Below, in pieces: positions 22,943 to 31,734 of a DNA stretch of 64,000 bases (positions are counted from its first letter, which is position 1; every line of letters starts with the position of its first letter). Both the position numbers and the translations under genes were made by a program. The DNA lies in the NCBI GenBank assembly GCA_964394235.1, contig CAYMWJ010000003.1, positions 10,896-74,895 on the forward strand. Reading direction: 5' to 3'. The notes beneath the pieces are model-generated. The model ran no database searches. It had not been told where the DNA came from and saw only the letters and a program-made list of their open reading frames with translations. Source of the stretch: an uncultured Sedimenticola sp. (GTDB lineage Bacteria > Pseudomonadota > Gammaproteobacteria > Chromatiales > Chromatiaceae).

Positions 22943-23366
22943 AGAATTCCTGTTCGAAGCGGGCGTGCAGGGGAGTCACCTGGCCCTTGTGCAACACGTT
23001 GATATCGAAGATCAGGTGCTCCCGGTGGGCGACCGGAAAGTCGGCGATGTAGTAGATGGCATCGCCCTCGCGGATTTCGCGTACCGGGATGTCGCGCTTC
23101 TGTCCCATCAGGTTGTGCGCCACCACCTTCACCTGTGCCTCGACGGGGACCCCGGTAGTGCCCGGGGTTTCCTGGATCACGGCGATGTTCACCATGCCGC
23201 GGCTGGTGCTGCGCTGGATGCCGTAGCTGCGAGCCACCTCGGGGGCGAGGCTGTCGGTGGTGAAGGCATTGTGGTGGATGGCATAACCGGCGGTGCGAGT
23301 GACATTTTCCGCCAGTGCCAGCCCGGCAGACAGCAACAGCAGGGGGAGCAGGATGAGTCGTTTCAT
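22932..23366 (-). CDS. DUF4426 domain periplasmic protein
   Basis: Signal peptide; HHNAFTTDSL.PEVA..YGI.RS; NLMGQ; EGDAIYYIA. Confidence 0.87.
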   Translation of the reverse strand: MKRLILLPLLLLSAGLALAENVTRTAGYAIHHNAFTTDSLAPEVARSYGIQRSTSRGMVNIAVIQETPGTTGVPVEAQVKVVAHNLMGQKRDIPVREIREGDAIYYIADFPVAHREHLIFDINVLHKGQVTPLHARFEQEFFTR

Positions 23367-23458
23367 GGCGGATCTCCTTTTTTCCAATTGTAGTATGGCC
23401 CTGTCCGACAAGACCGGGAAGGGGAGAGATTTGTTTCCTGCGGAAGCGGGGGCAGAGA

Positions 23459-25444
23459 TCAGCGTGCCAGGCGGCTGTCGCTGTTGCCCTCGATCACCTT
23501 GGGTCGCACCTTGCCCTGCTCGTTGGGGATGATGGGGTTGTTCAGGGCCTGGCGCACGTTCTGCAGGGAGCTGAGCTGGATCAGCCGCTGCCGGGCCTCG
23601 CGCTCCATCAGCAGAATACGTTGCTGAATGGTCTTGCGCGACTGGCTGGCGTGCTTGAGGTCGCGAATCTGCTGGGAGATGGCACCACGATACTCCTTGA
23701 CCTCGACGGTGAGCGGATCGAGGGCATGCTCCAGCCATTCGCAGGCCTCGCGATGGGCCTCGCGGAAGATATGGCGGGCGCGGTCGACGATGGTACGGAA
23801 GTAACGTTTCACCACGAAGTGCTGCTCGGTCATGGCGGTGCGTGGGCTCTTGCGGAAGACCTCGGACTCCTGGTGCAGTATGTCCAGGTCCACCTGGTGA
23901 CGGACGATGGAGAGCATGGCCGGCTGCAATGGCGGGAAATCGTGGTCGGTCTGGAAGCGTCGATAGATGCCGCGGATCAGGCGGCGCATGGCGGCGGCGT
24001 GTTGGCCGGCTGTCTCCATGCGGGCGTTGATGTCGTCGAACAGGATTCGCATGGCTTCCTTGAGGCCAGGTGTGGTCCAGGCCTTGGACATCTCCAGGCG
24101 CGCCGCTTCGATGACCTGGTCCAGTGAGTGCGGGTCCAGTGCCTCGAGCAGGAGGTGCCCGTGTTCCTGGAATTCGCGGCGGCTCTCGTGATAGGCCTCC
24201 ATGCTGGCCTGATAGCGTTTCTTGTCGCGCCGGGTTTCGCGCAGCAGGTGCGCGACCGCACTGTCGCTGCGGTTGGCCACCTCGTGCAGATTGTGGATCT
24301 GTTTCTGTGTGCGTTTGCGGCGTGATTCGATGATGTTCTCCAGCGACTCGATGGCATGCAGCACCTCACCGGTGAAGTCGTGCATGATGAGATCGCGCCG
24401 GTTCTCCACCACGCTGGTCGAGAGGTAGTCCTCCAGCCGCTGGATGCCGCTGCGCCGCTCGAGTTGGTGATCCTCGCGGATACGTGCCAGCAATGCCTTC
24501 TGGGCCGACACGGCGAAGGTCTGCTCGATGCGGATGTTCAGCAGCTTGGCCACCTCGGCGCGTTGCTGGAGGACCTGCTCCTCGATGTACTCCTGTGGTC
24601 GCAGCTCGTCCCACAGGATGTCGACCTTGTTGAGCACCGCCATCACGCCCTGTCGCAGTTTGCCCGTGGGGTTGATGCACTGTTGCCAGATGTCGAGGTC
24701 GGAGCGGGTCACGCCGGTGTCGGCGGACAGCACCAGCAGCACGGCCTGGGCATTGGGCAGGATCTCGTAGGTGAGTTCCGGCTCGTTGCCCACGGCATTG
24801 AGGCCGGGGGTATCGATCACCCGCAGTCCCTTGGCCAGCAGGGGGTGGCGGATGTTGAGCTGTGCGAGCCGCCAGCGCGGGATGGCCACCGTATCGTCGC
24901 CGTCGTCGGCAGACTGGTTCTCGATCGCCTCGGACAGGCCCAGCTCGGCGGCCTGGGCGCGAGGAACCCGCTTGGTGGCGGTCAGTGCCTCGAGTCGTTC
25001 TTGCAGGTCGTCCGGATCGTCGAGTTGCAGTGGCAGCGTGGTCCAGAGTTCCGGTTTCTGGCGCAGCTGGAACAGGCTGATATCGTGGCCGCGGGTCTCG
25101 ATGGGCAGCAGACGCAGGCAGGGGGCGGTCTCGTCATCTTGCAGGATCTCGGTCGGGCACATGGTGGTGCGCCCGGCGTCGGTGGGCAGCAGACGATAGC
25201 CGAGGTTGCCGAAGAACAGGGCGTTGATCAGCTCGGTCTTGCCGCGCGAGAACTCGCCGGTGATGGCCACCGTGATGTCGTCGCTGCGTAGTGCGGCACG
25301 TGCCCGTCCGATGGCGTGACGGATCTCGGAACCGTAGAGATCCTGCTGCTGCAGCCAGGGTTCGAGCTGGTCGAGGATCTTGCGCTGTCGTTGTTTCCAG
25401 CGGGCGAACCCGGCCAGTTGTTTTTCCAGCAGCGAAGTTGCCAT
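23459..25444 (-). CDS. Bacterial dynamin-like GTPase
   Basis: G1 GEFSRGKT, G2 PT.AGRTT, G3 IDTPG, G4 NKVD; long helical C-terminal stalk. Confidence 0.87.
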   Translation of the reverse strand: MATSLLEKQLAGFARWKQRQRKILDQLEPWLQQQDLYGSEIRHAIGRARAALRSDDITVAITGEFSRGKTELINALFFGNLGYRLLPTDAGRTTMCPTEILQDDETAPCLRLLPIETRGHDISLFQLRQKPELWTTLPLQLDDPDDLQERLEALTATKRVPRAQAAELGLSEAIENQSADDGDDTVAIPRWRLAQLNIRHPLLAKGLRVIDTPGLNAVGNEPELTYEILPNAQAVLLVLSADTGVTRSDLDIWQQCINPTGKLRQGVMAVLNKVDILWDELRPQEYIEEQVLQQRAEVAKLLNIRIEQTFAVSAQKALLARIREDHQLERRSGIQRLEDYLSTSVVENRRDLIMHDFTGEVLHAIESLENIIESRRKRTQKQIHNLHEVANRSDSAVAHLLRETRRDKKRYQASMEAYHESRREFQEHGHLLLEALDPHSLDQVIEAARLEMSKAWTTPGLKEAMRILFDDINARMETAGQHAAAMRRLIRGIYRRFQTDHDFPPLQPAMLSIVRHQVDLDILHQESEVFRKSPRTAMTEQHFVVKRYFRTIVDRARHIFREAHREACEWLEHALDPLTVEVKEYRGAISQQIRDLKHASQSRKTIQQRILLMEREARQRLIQLSSLQNVRQALNNPIIPNEQGKVRPKVIEGNSDSRLAR

Positions 25445-25522
25445 GCCCCTTGTCCTCCCGGATGTGGGCCGGGTCTGCGCCCGGACATTCCCTTTTTTAA
25501 GCTTGTTCCTCAATTCTAGGCG

Positions 25523-25837
25523 CTAAACGGTTGTTTTTGCACCTTTGAGGCTGTTGTGAAGTGTAGAAGGGATCCGGGAAGGCGTGGAAATACGAATGCG
25601 TTTGCGTCGGGAGGACTCCCCGCTCTCGATGCGGACGGCCGATTTCGGCACCCGAAACTGGCGTGCCAGCCAGGCTGTCAGGTGGGTATTGGCCTTGCCC
25701 TCGACCGGTGGTGCGGTGATGCGCACCTTGATGGCGTCGTCGAGGACCTCGGCAAAGGTGTCGCGGGCGGCGCGTGGCTGGACCTTGACGTAGAGCAGCA
25801 GGTCTTCGCCGTCCCAGCGGAACCATTCGCCCGCCAT
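25523..25837 (-). CDS. yggU: DUF167 (YggU) protein
   Basis: VKVQPRAARD, ITAPPVEGKAN, SGESSRRK. Confidence 0.92.
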   Translation of the reverse strand: MAGEWFRWDGEDLLLYVKVQPRAARDTFAEVLDDAIKVRITAPPVEGKANTHLTAWLARQFRVPKSAVRIESGESSRRKRIRISTPSRIPSTLHNSLKGAKTTV

Positions 25838-26412
25838 CACAGCAGGCCCAGCAGCAGCGCCTTCAGCGGCGGGATGAGCAGCATCTTCAGCAGCGCCAGG
25901 CCGATCATCACCAGCATGGGGGAGAGGTCCAGGCCGCCGATCGGCGGCAGGATGCGTTGTGCCGGTGCCATCAGCGGACGGGTGAGGGCCGCGAGCACGC
26001 CGATCGCCGGGTTGTGACCGCCGGGATTGACCCAGCTGATGATCACCAGGATGAGGATGCTGTAGAGAAAGATGTCGATCAGCAGCCCGATCAGCTCGGG
26101 GATCGCCAGTAGCAGCGCGCCCAGGGGCTGGAAGCCTTGGCCGACGATGGCAAAGATCAGCAGCAGTTGCAGCGCCAGCACCAGCCAGGCCAGCACCAGC
26201 GAGGCGGTATCCTTGCCGCCGATCGGCGGGATGACGCGGCGCAGCGGTACCAGTACCGGGCTGGTGAGGCGCACGATGAACTGCGACAGTGGATTGTAGA
26301 AATCGGCGCGCACCAGTTGCAGCAGGAAGCGCAGCAGGGCCACCAGGGCATACAGCCCGAAGATCACCTGTACCAGAAAGATCAGCGGTGTGGAGAGATA
26401 GCCTTCGCCCAT
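25837..26412 (-). CDS. yggT: YggT family membrane protein
   Basis: RADFYNPLSQFI...P; IGGLDLSP; synteny with proC. Confidence 0.92.
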   Translation of the reverse strand: MGEGYLSTPLIFLVQVIFGLYALVALLRFLLQLVRADFYNPLSQFIVRLTSPVLVPLRRVIPPIGGKDTASLVLAWLVLALQLLLIFAIVGQGFQPLGALLLAIPELIGLLIDIFLYSILILVIISWVNPGGHNPAIGVLAALTRPLMAPAQRILPPIGGLDLSPMLVMIGLALLKMLLIPPLKALLLGLL

Positions 26413-26415
26413 GCC

Positions 26416-27243
26416 TCATTCCTCGTCCAGCAGGCGTGACAGCTCGACGGAGCGGTCACGTGCGGCAGTGAGCGCACGCAACACGATGCCTTCCAGATCT
26501 TCCGCCTCGAAGCGCTCGATCGCCTGTTCAGTGGTGCCGCCCGGCGAGGTCACGCGACGGCGCAGCTCGGCTGGGTCCTCGCTGCTCTCGATGGCCATGC
26601 GCGCCGCGCCCAGCGCCGTTTGCAGGGTCAGCAGGCGGGCGGTGTCGGCCGGCAGGCCCAGGCGTTCGGCAGCGTGCTCCATGGCCTCCATGAACAGGAA
26701 GAAATAGGCCGGGCCGCTGCCCGAGAGCGCGGTGACCGCGTCCATCAGCGATTCATCGTCCACCCACTGTACCAGGCCGACGGCGCGCATCACCGATTCG
26801 GCCTGCTCGCGTTGCGTTGCGTTCACCGCAGGGGTGGCGAACAGCGCGGTGGCGCCGGTCTGCAACATCGCCGGGGTGTTGGGCATGCTGCGCACCAGGG
26901 CCACCTCGCCACCCAGCCAGCGTTGCAGGGTGTCGCTGCGGATCCCGGCAGCGATGGAGATCACCAGTGGGCGGTGTTGCTGTATCGGTTCTGCCAGCTC
27001 ACGTGCGACCTCGCCCAGTATCTGGGGCTTGACCGCGAGTACGACCACTTCGGCACGGGTGACCGCCTCGGCATTGTCCTCCAGGGTGTGGATGCCGGAC
27101 TGGGTGGCCAGGGTCTCGCGGCGCGCCGGGTCGGGGTCGGTGGCGAGGATGCGTTCGACTGGGGTACCGTCGCTGATCAGGCCGCCGATCAGGGCCGCGG
27201 CCATGTTGCCGGAACCGATGAAGGCGATGGTGGGCTGGGTCAT
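26416..27243 (-). CDS. proC: Pyrroline-5-carboxylate reductase
   Basis: FIGSGNMA, LAVKPQ, SMPNTP, ALSGSGPAY, VTSPGGTT. Confidence 0.97.
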   Translation of the reverse strand: MTQPTIAFIGSGNMAAALIGGLISDGTPVERILATDPDPARRETLATQSGIHTLEDNAEAVTRAEVVVLAVKPQILGEVARELAEPIQQHRPLVISIAAGIRSDTLQRWLGGEVALVRSMPNTPAMLQTGATALFATPAVNATQREQAESVMRAVGLVQWVDDESLMDAVTALSGSGPAYFFLFMEAMEHAAERLGLPADTARLLTLQTALGAARMAIESSEDPAELRRRVTSPGGTTEQAIERFEAEDLEGIVLRALTAARDRSVELSRLLDEE

Positions 27244-27412
27244 TGGGATGTCTGCCGTGTTGTGAGTTGAGATCATTCTAGCCCGAATGTTTCACCGGCC
27301 GAACAACGTTACCACCCTGACAGGGTCGGTGATCCCGTCAGGGGTAGTAGCCGCCTTGTTCCATGCGATGCCGCGGCACCTCGAGCTGCCTGGTGAAACT
27401 GCCAGGGCGATC

Positions 27413-28099
27413 TCATTCCCGGGCGCCGAAGATGTCGGTGCCCACGCGCACCAGGGTCGAGCCGGCGGCAATCGCCAGTTCCAGGTCGCCGCTCATGCCC
27501 ATCGACAGGGTGTCGAGGTGCAGGTCCGCCTGTGCTGCGAGTTGTTGGCGCAAATCGGCCAGGCGTTGGAACACCGCGGCCTGGGCCTCGCGCGGGCTGG
27601 TCGGGTCGGGCATGGTCATCAGGCCGCGCAGGCGCAGGCGCGGTAGTTCGCTCACGGCCAGGGCCAGTTCCTCCAGGGCCTCTGCGGGGATGCCCCCCTT
27701 GCTGGCTTCGTCGCTCAGATTGACCTGGATGCAGCAGTTCAGCGGTGGCAGTGCCTCGGGACGCTGCTCGCTCAGGCGCCGGGCGTGCTTGAGCCGGTCC
27801 AGGCCATGCACCCAGGTGAAGTGGCGGGCGATGTCGCGGGTCTTGTTGCTCTGCATGCGCCCGATGTAGTGCCACTCGATGGGCAGGTCGGCGAGCATTC
27901 GGATCTTGGGCAGGGCATCCTGCAGGTAGTTCTCGCCGAAGGCCTGCTGACCGGCGTGCCAGGCCTCGCGGATCATCGCCGCCGGCTTGGTCTTGCTCAC
28001 GGCCAGCAGCTCGATCTCGGCCGGGTTGCGGTCCACTGCGAGCGCGGCCTGTGCGATACGTCGATGAACATCCTCCAGCGCTTGTGCGATAGTAGGCAT
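27413..28099 (-). CDS. yggS: PLP-binding protein YggS/PROSC
   Basis: LAVSKTKP, FGENYLQ, WHYIG.MQSNK, LSMGMSGD, VRVGTDIFG. Confidence 0.96.
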   Translation of the reverse strand: MPTIAQALEDVHRRIAQAALAVDRNPAEIELLAVSKTKPAAMIREAWHAGQQAFGENYLQDALPKIRMLADLPIEWHYIGRMQSNKTRDIARHFTWVHGLDRLKHARRLSEQRPEALPPLNCCIQVNLSDEASKGGIPAEALEELALAVSELPRLRLRGLMTMPDPTSPREAQAAVFQRLADLRQQLAAQADLHLDTLSMGMSGDLELAIAAGSTLVRVGTDIFGARE

Positions 28100-28229
28100 G
28101 GGATTCCGGTGGCTGTTAATCTCTTGTCGGCAAGGGTGTTGTGTGGCCGGGGGTTCGTCAAGTGTTTGGATACCGGGCCGCTACAGGAGTGCGTGGTGCA
28201 GCGCACATTTGGACTCAAGGGGGGAATCG

Positions 28230-29267
28230 ATGGACATTGCAGAACTGCTCGCCTTCAGCGTCAAGCACAATGCCTCGGATCTGCATCTCTCGGCCGGTCT
28301 GCCGCCGATGATCCGGGTCGACGGGGATATCCGGCGGATCAACGTGCCGGTGCTCGATCACAAGACCGTGCATGCACTGGTCTACGACATCATGAACGAC
28401 AAGCAGCGCAAGGACTACGAGGAGTTCTTCGAAGTCGATTTCTCGTTCGAGATCCCGGGTCTGGCGCGTTTCCGGGTCAATGCCTTCAATCAGGACCGCG
28501 GGGCCGCGGCGGTGTTCCGGACCATCCCCTCCAAGGTGCTCACCCTCGAGGAACTGGATGCGCCGCCGGTGTTCAAGACCATCTGTGACAATCCGCGGGG
28601 CCTGGTACTGGTCACCGGACCGACCGGCTCGGGCAAATCCACCACCCTGGCGGCGATGATGGACTACAAGAACGAGACCGAGTACGGGCACATCCTCACC
28701 ATCGAGGACCCCATCGAATTCGTGCACCAGTCCAAGAAGTGCCTGATCAACCAGCGCGAGGTACACCGCGACACCCTGGGTTTCGCCGAGGCCTTGCGTT
28801 CGGCGCTGCGTGAGGACCCGGACATCATCCTGGTGGGCGAATTGCGTGATCTGGAGACCATCCGTCTGGCGCTCACTGCCGCCGAGACCGGCCACCTGGT
28901 GTTCGGTACCCTGCATACCAGTTCGGCCGCCAAGACCATCGACCGGATCGTCGACGTGTTTCCGGCCGGTGAGAAGGCCATGGTGCGCTCCATGCTGTCG
29001 GAGTCACTGCGCGCGGTGATCTCGCAGACCCTGCTCAAGAAGGTTGGGGGAGGGCGCGTCGCTGCGCACGAGATCATGATCGGCACCCCGGCCATCCGCA
29101 ACCTGATCCGCGAGGACAAGGTGGCGCAGATGTACTCGGCCATCCAGACCGGTCAGGCACACGGCATGCAGACGTTGGACCAATGTCTGCAAGATCTGGT
29201 GAAGAAGGGGCTGGTGTCACGCCAGGATGCCCGAACCCGGGCGGTCAACCGCGATCTTTTCGCATGA
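28230..29267 (+). CDS. pilT: Type IV pilus retraction ATPase
   Basis: MDIAELL, ASDLHLS, GPTGSGKST, TIEDPIE, ALREDPD, AIRNLIRE. Confidence 0.97.
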   Translation: MDIAELLAFSVKHNASDLHLSAGLPPMIRVDGDIRRINVPVLDHKTVHALVYDIMNDKQRKDYEEFFEVDFSFEIPGLARFRVNAFNQDRGAAAVFRTIPSKVLTLEELDAPPVFKTICDNPRGLVLVTGPTGSGKSTTLAAMMDYKNETEYGHILTIEDPIEFVHQSKKCLINQREVHRDTLGFAEALRSALREDPDIILVGELRDLETIRLALTAAETGHLVFGTLHTSSAAKTIDRIVDVFPAGEKAMVRSMLSESLRAVISQTLLKKVGGGRVAAHEIMIGTPAIRNLIREDKVAQMYSAIQTGQAHGMQTLDQCLQDLVKKGLVSRQDARTRAVNRDLFA

Positions 29268-29273
29268 GCCTCG

Positions 29274-29289
29274 TGTGAATTGACCCACA
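29274..29289. promoter_or_regulatory. Candidate CRP/Vfr-type site upstream of pilU
   Basis: TGTGA-ATTGAC-CCACA, 9/10 match to TGTGA-N6-TCACA. Confidence 0.5.
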
Positions 29290-29347
29290 TTATTTGTGAC
29301 CGCGTGGGCGTGTTTTTAGACATCAGAATGTCGCCAGGAGGTAAGCC

Positions 29348-30469
29348 ATGGCCATGGATTTCAACGACATCATTGCCCTGATGGTGGAAAAGAAGGCGTC
29401 CGACCTGTTCATCACGGCGGACATGCCGCCTTGCATCAAGGTGAACGGGCAGGTGATGCCCATCTCCAAGACGCGCCTGACCGAACAGCAGAGCCGGGAG
29501 CTGACCTATTCCCTGATGAGTCCGGAACAGCGCGAGGAATTCCATCATACCAAGGAGTGCAACTTCGCTTTCTCGGCGCGCGGGATCGGTCGTTTCCGGG
29601 TCAGTGCCTTCGTACAGCGTGATGCGGTCGGTATGGTGCTGCGGCGCATCGAGACGCGCATTCCCTCTTTCGACGAGCTGGGCCTGCCCCCGGTGTTGAA
29701 GGATCTGGCGATGGCCAAGCGGGGGCTGGTGGTCTTTGTCGGGGCCACCGGCACCGGCAAGTCCAGCTCGTTGGCCGCGATGGTCGGTCATCGCAACCGC
29801 AACAGCACCGGGCACATCATCTCCATCGAGGACCCGATCGAGTTCCTGCACAAGCACGAGAACTGCATCATCACCCAGCGTGAAGTCGGTGTGGATACCG
29901 AGTCCTACGAGGTGGCCTTGCGCAACACCCTGCGCCAGGCGCCGGACGTGATCCTGATCGGCGAGGTCCGTACCCGAGAGGCCATGGAGTACGCCATCAC
30001 CTTTGCCGAGACCGGTCACCTGGTGCTGACCACCCTGCATGCCAACAATGCCAACCAGGCGCTCGAGCGCATCATTCACTTCTTTCCGGAAGAGCAGCAT
30101 GCGCAGGTGTTCATGGACCTGTCGCTGAACCTGCGCGGTATCGTCGCCCAGCAGCTGGTGCCGCGTATCGACGGCAACGGCCGGCGGGCAGTCGTGGAGA
30201 TCCTGCTCAACACGCCGCTGGCCTCCGACCTGATCGCCAAGGGCGAGGTGTCCAAGCTCAAGGACCTGATGAAGCGCTCTCGCGAGCACGGCATGATCAC
30301 CTTCGACCAGGCGCTCTACGAGGCCTGCGTGCGCGGCGAAATCAGCGAGAAGGACGCCATGCATTATGCCGATTCGGCCAACGAGGTGCGTCTGATGCTC
30401 AAGCTGGGCAAGCACCGGGCCGATGCGCGTTCGCGCGACCCGAGTGGTATGCAGCTGATGCCGGAATGA
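29348..30469 (+). CDS. pilU: Type IV pilus ATPase PilU
   Basis: GATGTGKSSSL, LRQAPDVILIGE, HANNANQALERI; follows pilT. Confidence 0.94.
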   Translation: MAMDFNDIIALMVEKKASDLFITADMPPCIKVNGQVMPISKTRLTEQQSRELTYSLMSPEQREEFHHTKECNFAFSARGIGRFRVSAFVQRDAVGMVLRRIETRIPSFDELGLPPVLKDLAMAKRGLVVFVGATGTGKSSSLAAMVGHRNRNSTGHIISIEDPIEFLHKHENCIITQREVGVDTESYEVALRNTLRQAPDVILIGEVRTREAMEYAITFAETGHLVLTTLHANNANQALERIIHFFPEEQHAQVFMDLSLNLRGIVAQQLVPRIDGNGRRAVVEILLNTPLASDLIAKGEVSKLKDLMKRSREHGMITFDQALYEACVRGEISEKDAMHYADSANEVRLMLKLGKHRADARSRDPSGMQLMPE

Positions 30470-30482
30470 TGCCGGTCGGTGC

Positions 30483-31346
30483 TCAGAATACCCGGTAGCC
30501 GTCGAACACCGGTCCGTCCACGCAGACCCGTTGCATGGCGGGGCCGGCATCGGTGGCCACTTCCACCACGCAGCCGGCGCAGCCGCCCACGGCGCAGGCC
30601 ATGAACTCCTCCAGCGAGACCTGCACCGGCAGTGCGAACTCGCGCGCCAGCGCCACCACTGCCTCGAGCATGGGGTGCGGGCCACAGGCATAGAGCCCGA
30701 CTTCGGCACGCGCCGCCTCGTCCAGTGTCCGCAGCCAGTGGCGGGCGAGATCCGTCACATAACCTGTGTGACAGCCGGGGTAGCCCTGCAGGCTGGCCAG
30801 GCGGCAGGGGATGTCCCAGTCCTCGAGCAGGGGCATGGTGGCGATCACCCCGTCGGGCAGGCCGGGCAGCAGGATCTGCGAGGGACGTGGATCGAAGGGG
30901 AAGGGCACCTCGGAACCCAGGATCACGAAGGGCCGTGCCGCGGTGCCACGCAGGGACTCGGCCAGGCAGATCATCGGTGGCATGCCCACCCCGCCGCCGA
31001 TCAACAGCGGCCGTCGCTGTTTCACCTCGAAGGGCCGGCCGACCGGCCCGAGCAGGCTGAGGCGCTCGCCCACACGGCGCTCCGCCAGCAGGGCGGTGCC
31101 TTCGCCGACCGCCTTGTACAGCAGGTCGACCCAGCCGGCCTCGGCAGAGGTACGCATGATGGAGATGGGGCGTCGCAGGGGACGCAGGGGATGCACCTGG
31201 AGGTGCACGAACTGGCCCGGCCGGGTGCGCGCTGCGCAACCGGGGGCCTGCACGCGCAGCAGGTACTGGTCGCCGGGGAAGGCTTGGTGTTCCAGGATCT
31301 CGGCCTCCTCGAGGAGGATGCTGTCTCGGTGGGCTCGTTCGTTCAT
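30483..31346 (-). CDS. pyrK: Dihydroorotate dehydrogenase electron transfer subunit
   Basis: RRPISI, GGGVG.PP, YACGPHPML, EEFMACAVGGCAGC...RVCVDGPVF 2Fe-2S motif. Confidence 0.9.
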   Translation of the reverse strand: MNERAHRDSILLEEAEILEHQAFPGDQYLLRVQAPGCAARTRPGQFVHLQVHPLRPLRRPISIMRTSAEAGWVDLLYKAVGEGTALLAERRVGERLSLLGPVGRPFEVKQRRPLLIGGGVGMPPMICLAESLRGTAARPFVILGSEVPFPFDPRPSQILLPGLPDGVIATMPLLEDWDIPCRLASLQGYPGCHTGYVTDLARHWLRTLDEAARAEVGLYACGPHPMLEAVVALAREFALPVQVSLEEFMACAVGGCAGCVVEVATDAGPAMQRVCVDGPVFDGYRVF

Positions 31347-31436
31347 GGCGCAAAGCTTACCGTAATCGGCGCTCGGGGTTGAGCCCGAAACCCGAAGGTC
31401 CGTACTCGCTTCCGTGTGGCGATGCAGCCTGCGATA

Positions 31437-31677
31437 GTGTGAAAGTCAACACCACAGAGCACACAGAGATCACAGAGGGGGTGAAGTTGGGGGCTGTCCC
31501 AGCGAGATTGTAACCCTCGGTCGACGGACCGATGGTCCATCAGCAGGAAGGTCCGCGCTTCGCCTTTTGCCATCGTCAAGCTCTGTGCGCTCTGTGTTCT
31601 CTGTGGTGAATGAAAAACAAGGGGGTCAGCGCATTTTCCACAATCCAGGGTGTGGGATATCTGTCCTCATGAGAGTT
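31437..31677 (+). repeat. Full copy of the CACAGAG/CTCTGTG-periodic hairpin repeat element
   Basis: CACAGAG x3 left arm, CTCTGTG x3 right arm, shared core and CATGAGAGTT tail. Confidence 0.88.
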
Positions 31678-31734
31678 AGTGCCGGCTTTGCTAAGCTGGA
31701 GGCTATTCTCCATCCCGGCCCAGGAGCCTTCCGG

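Noticed and set aside
27314-27347. Hairpin ccctgacaggg...cccgtcagggg between proC and yggS
   Set aside because: Single imperfect copy; it may be a REP remnant or attenuator but nothing supports more
30483-31346. pyrK without an adjacent pyrD
   Set aside because: Dispersed pyrK/pyrD is not unusual; pyrD may lie outside the window
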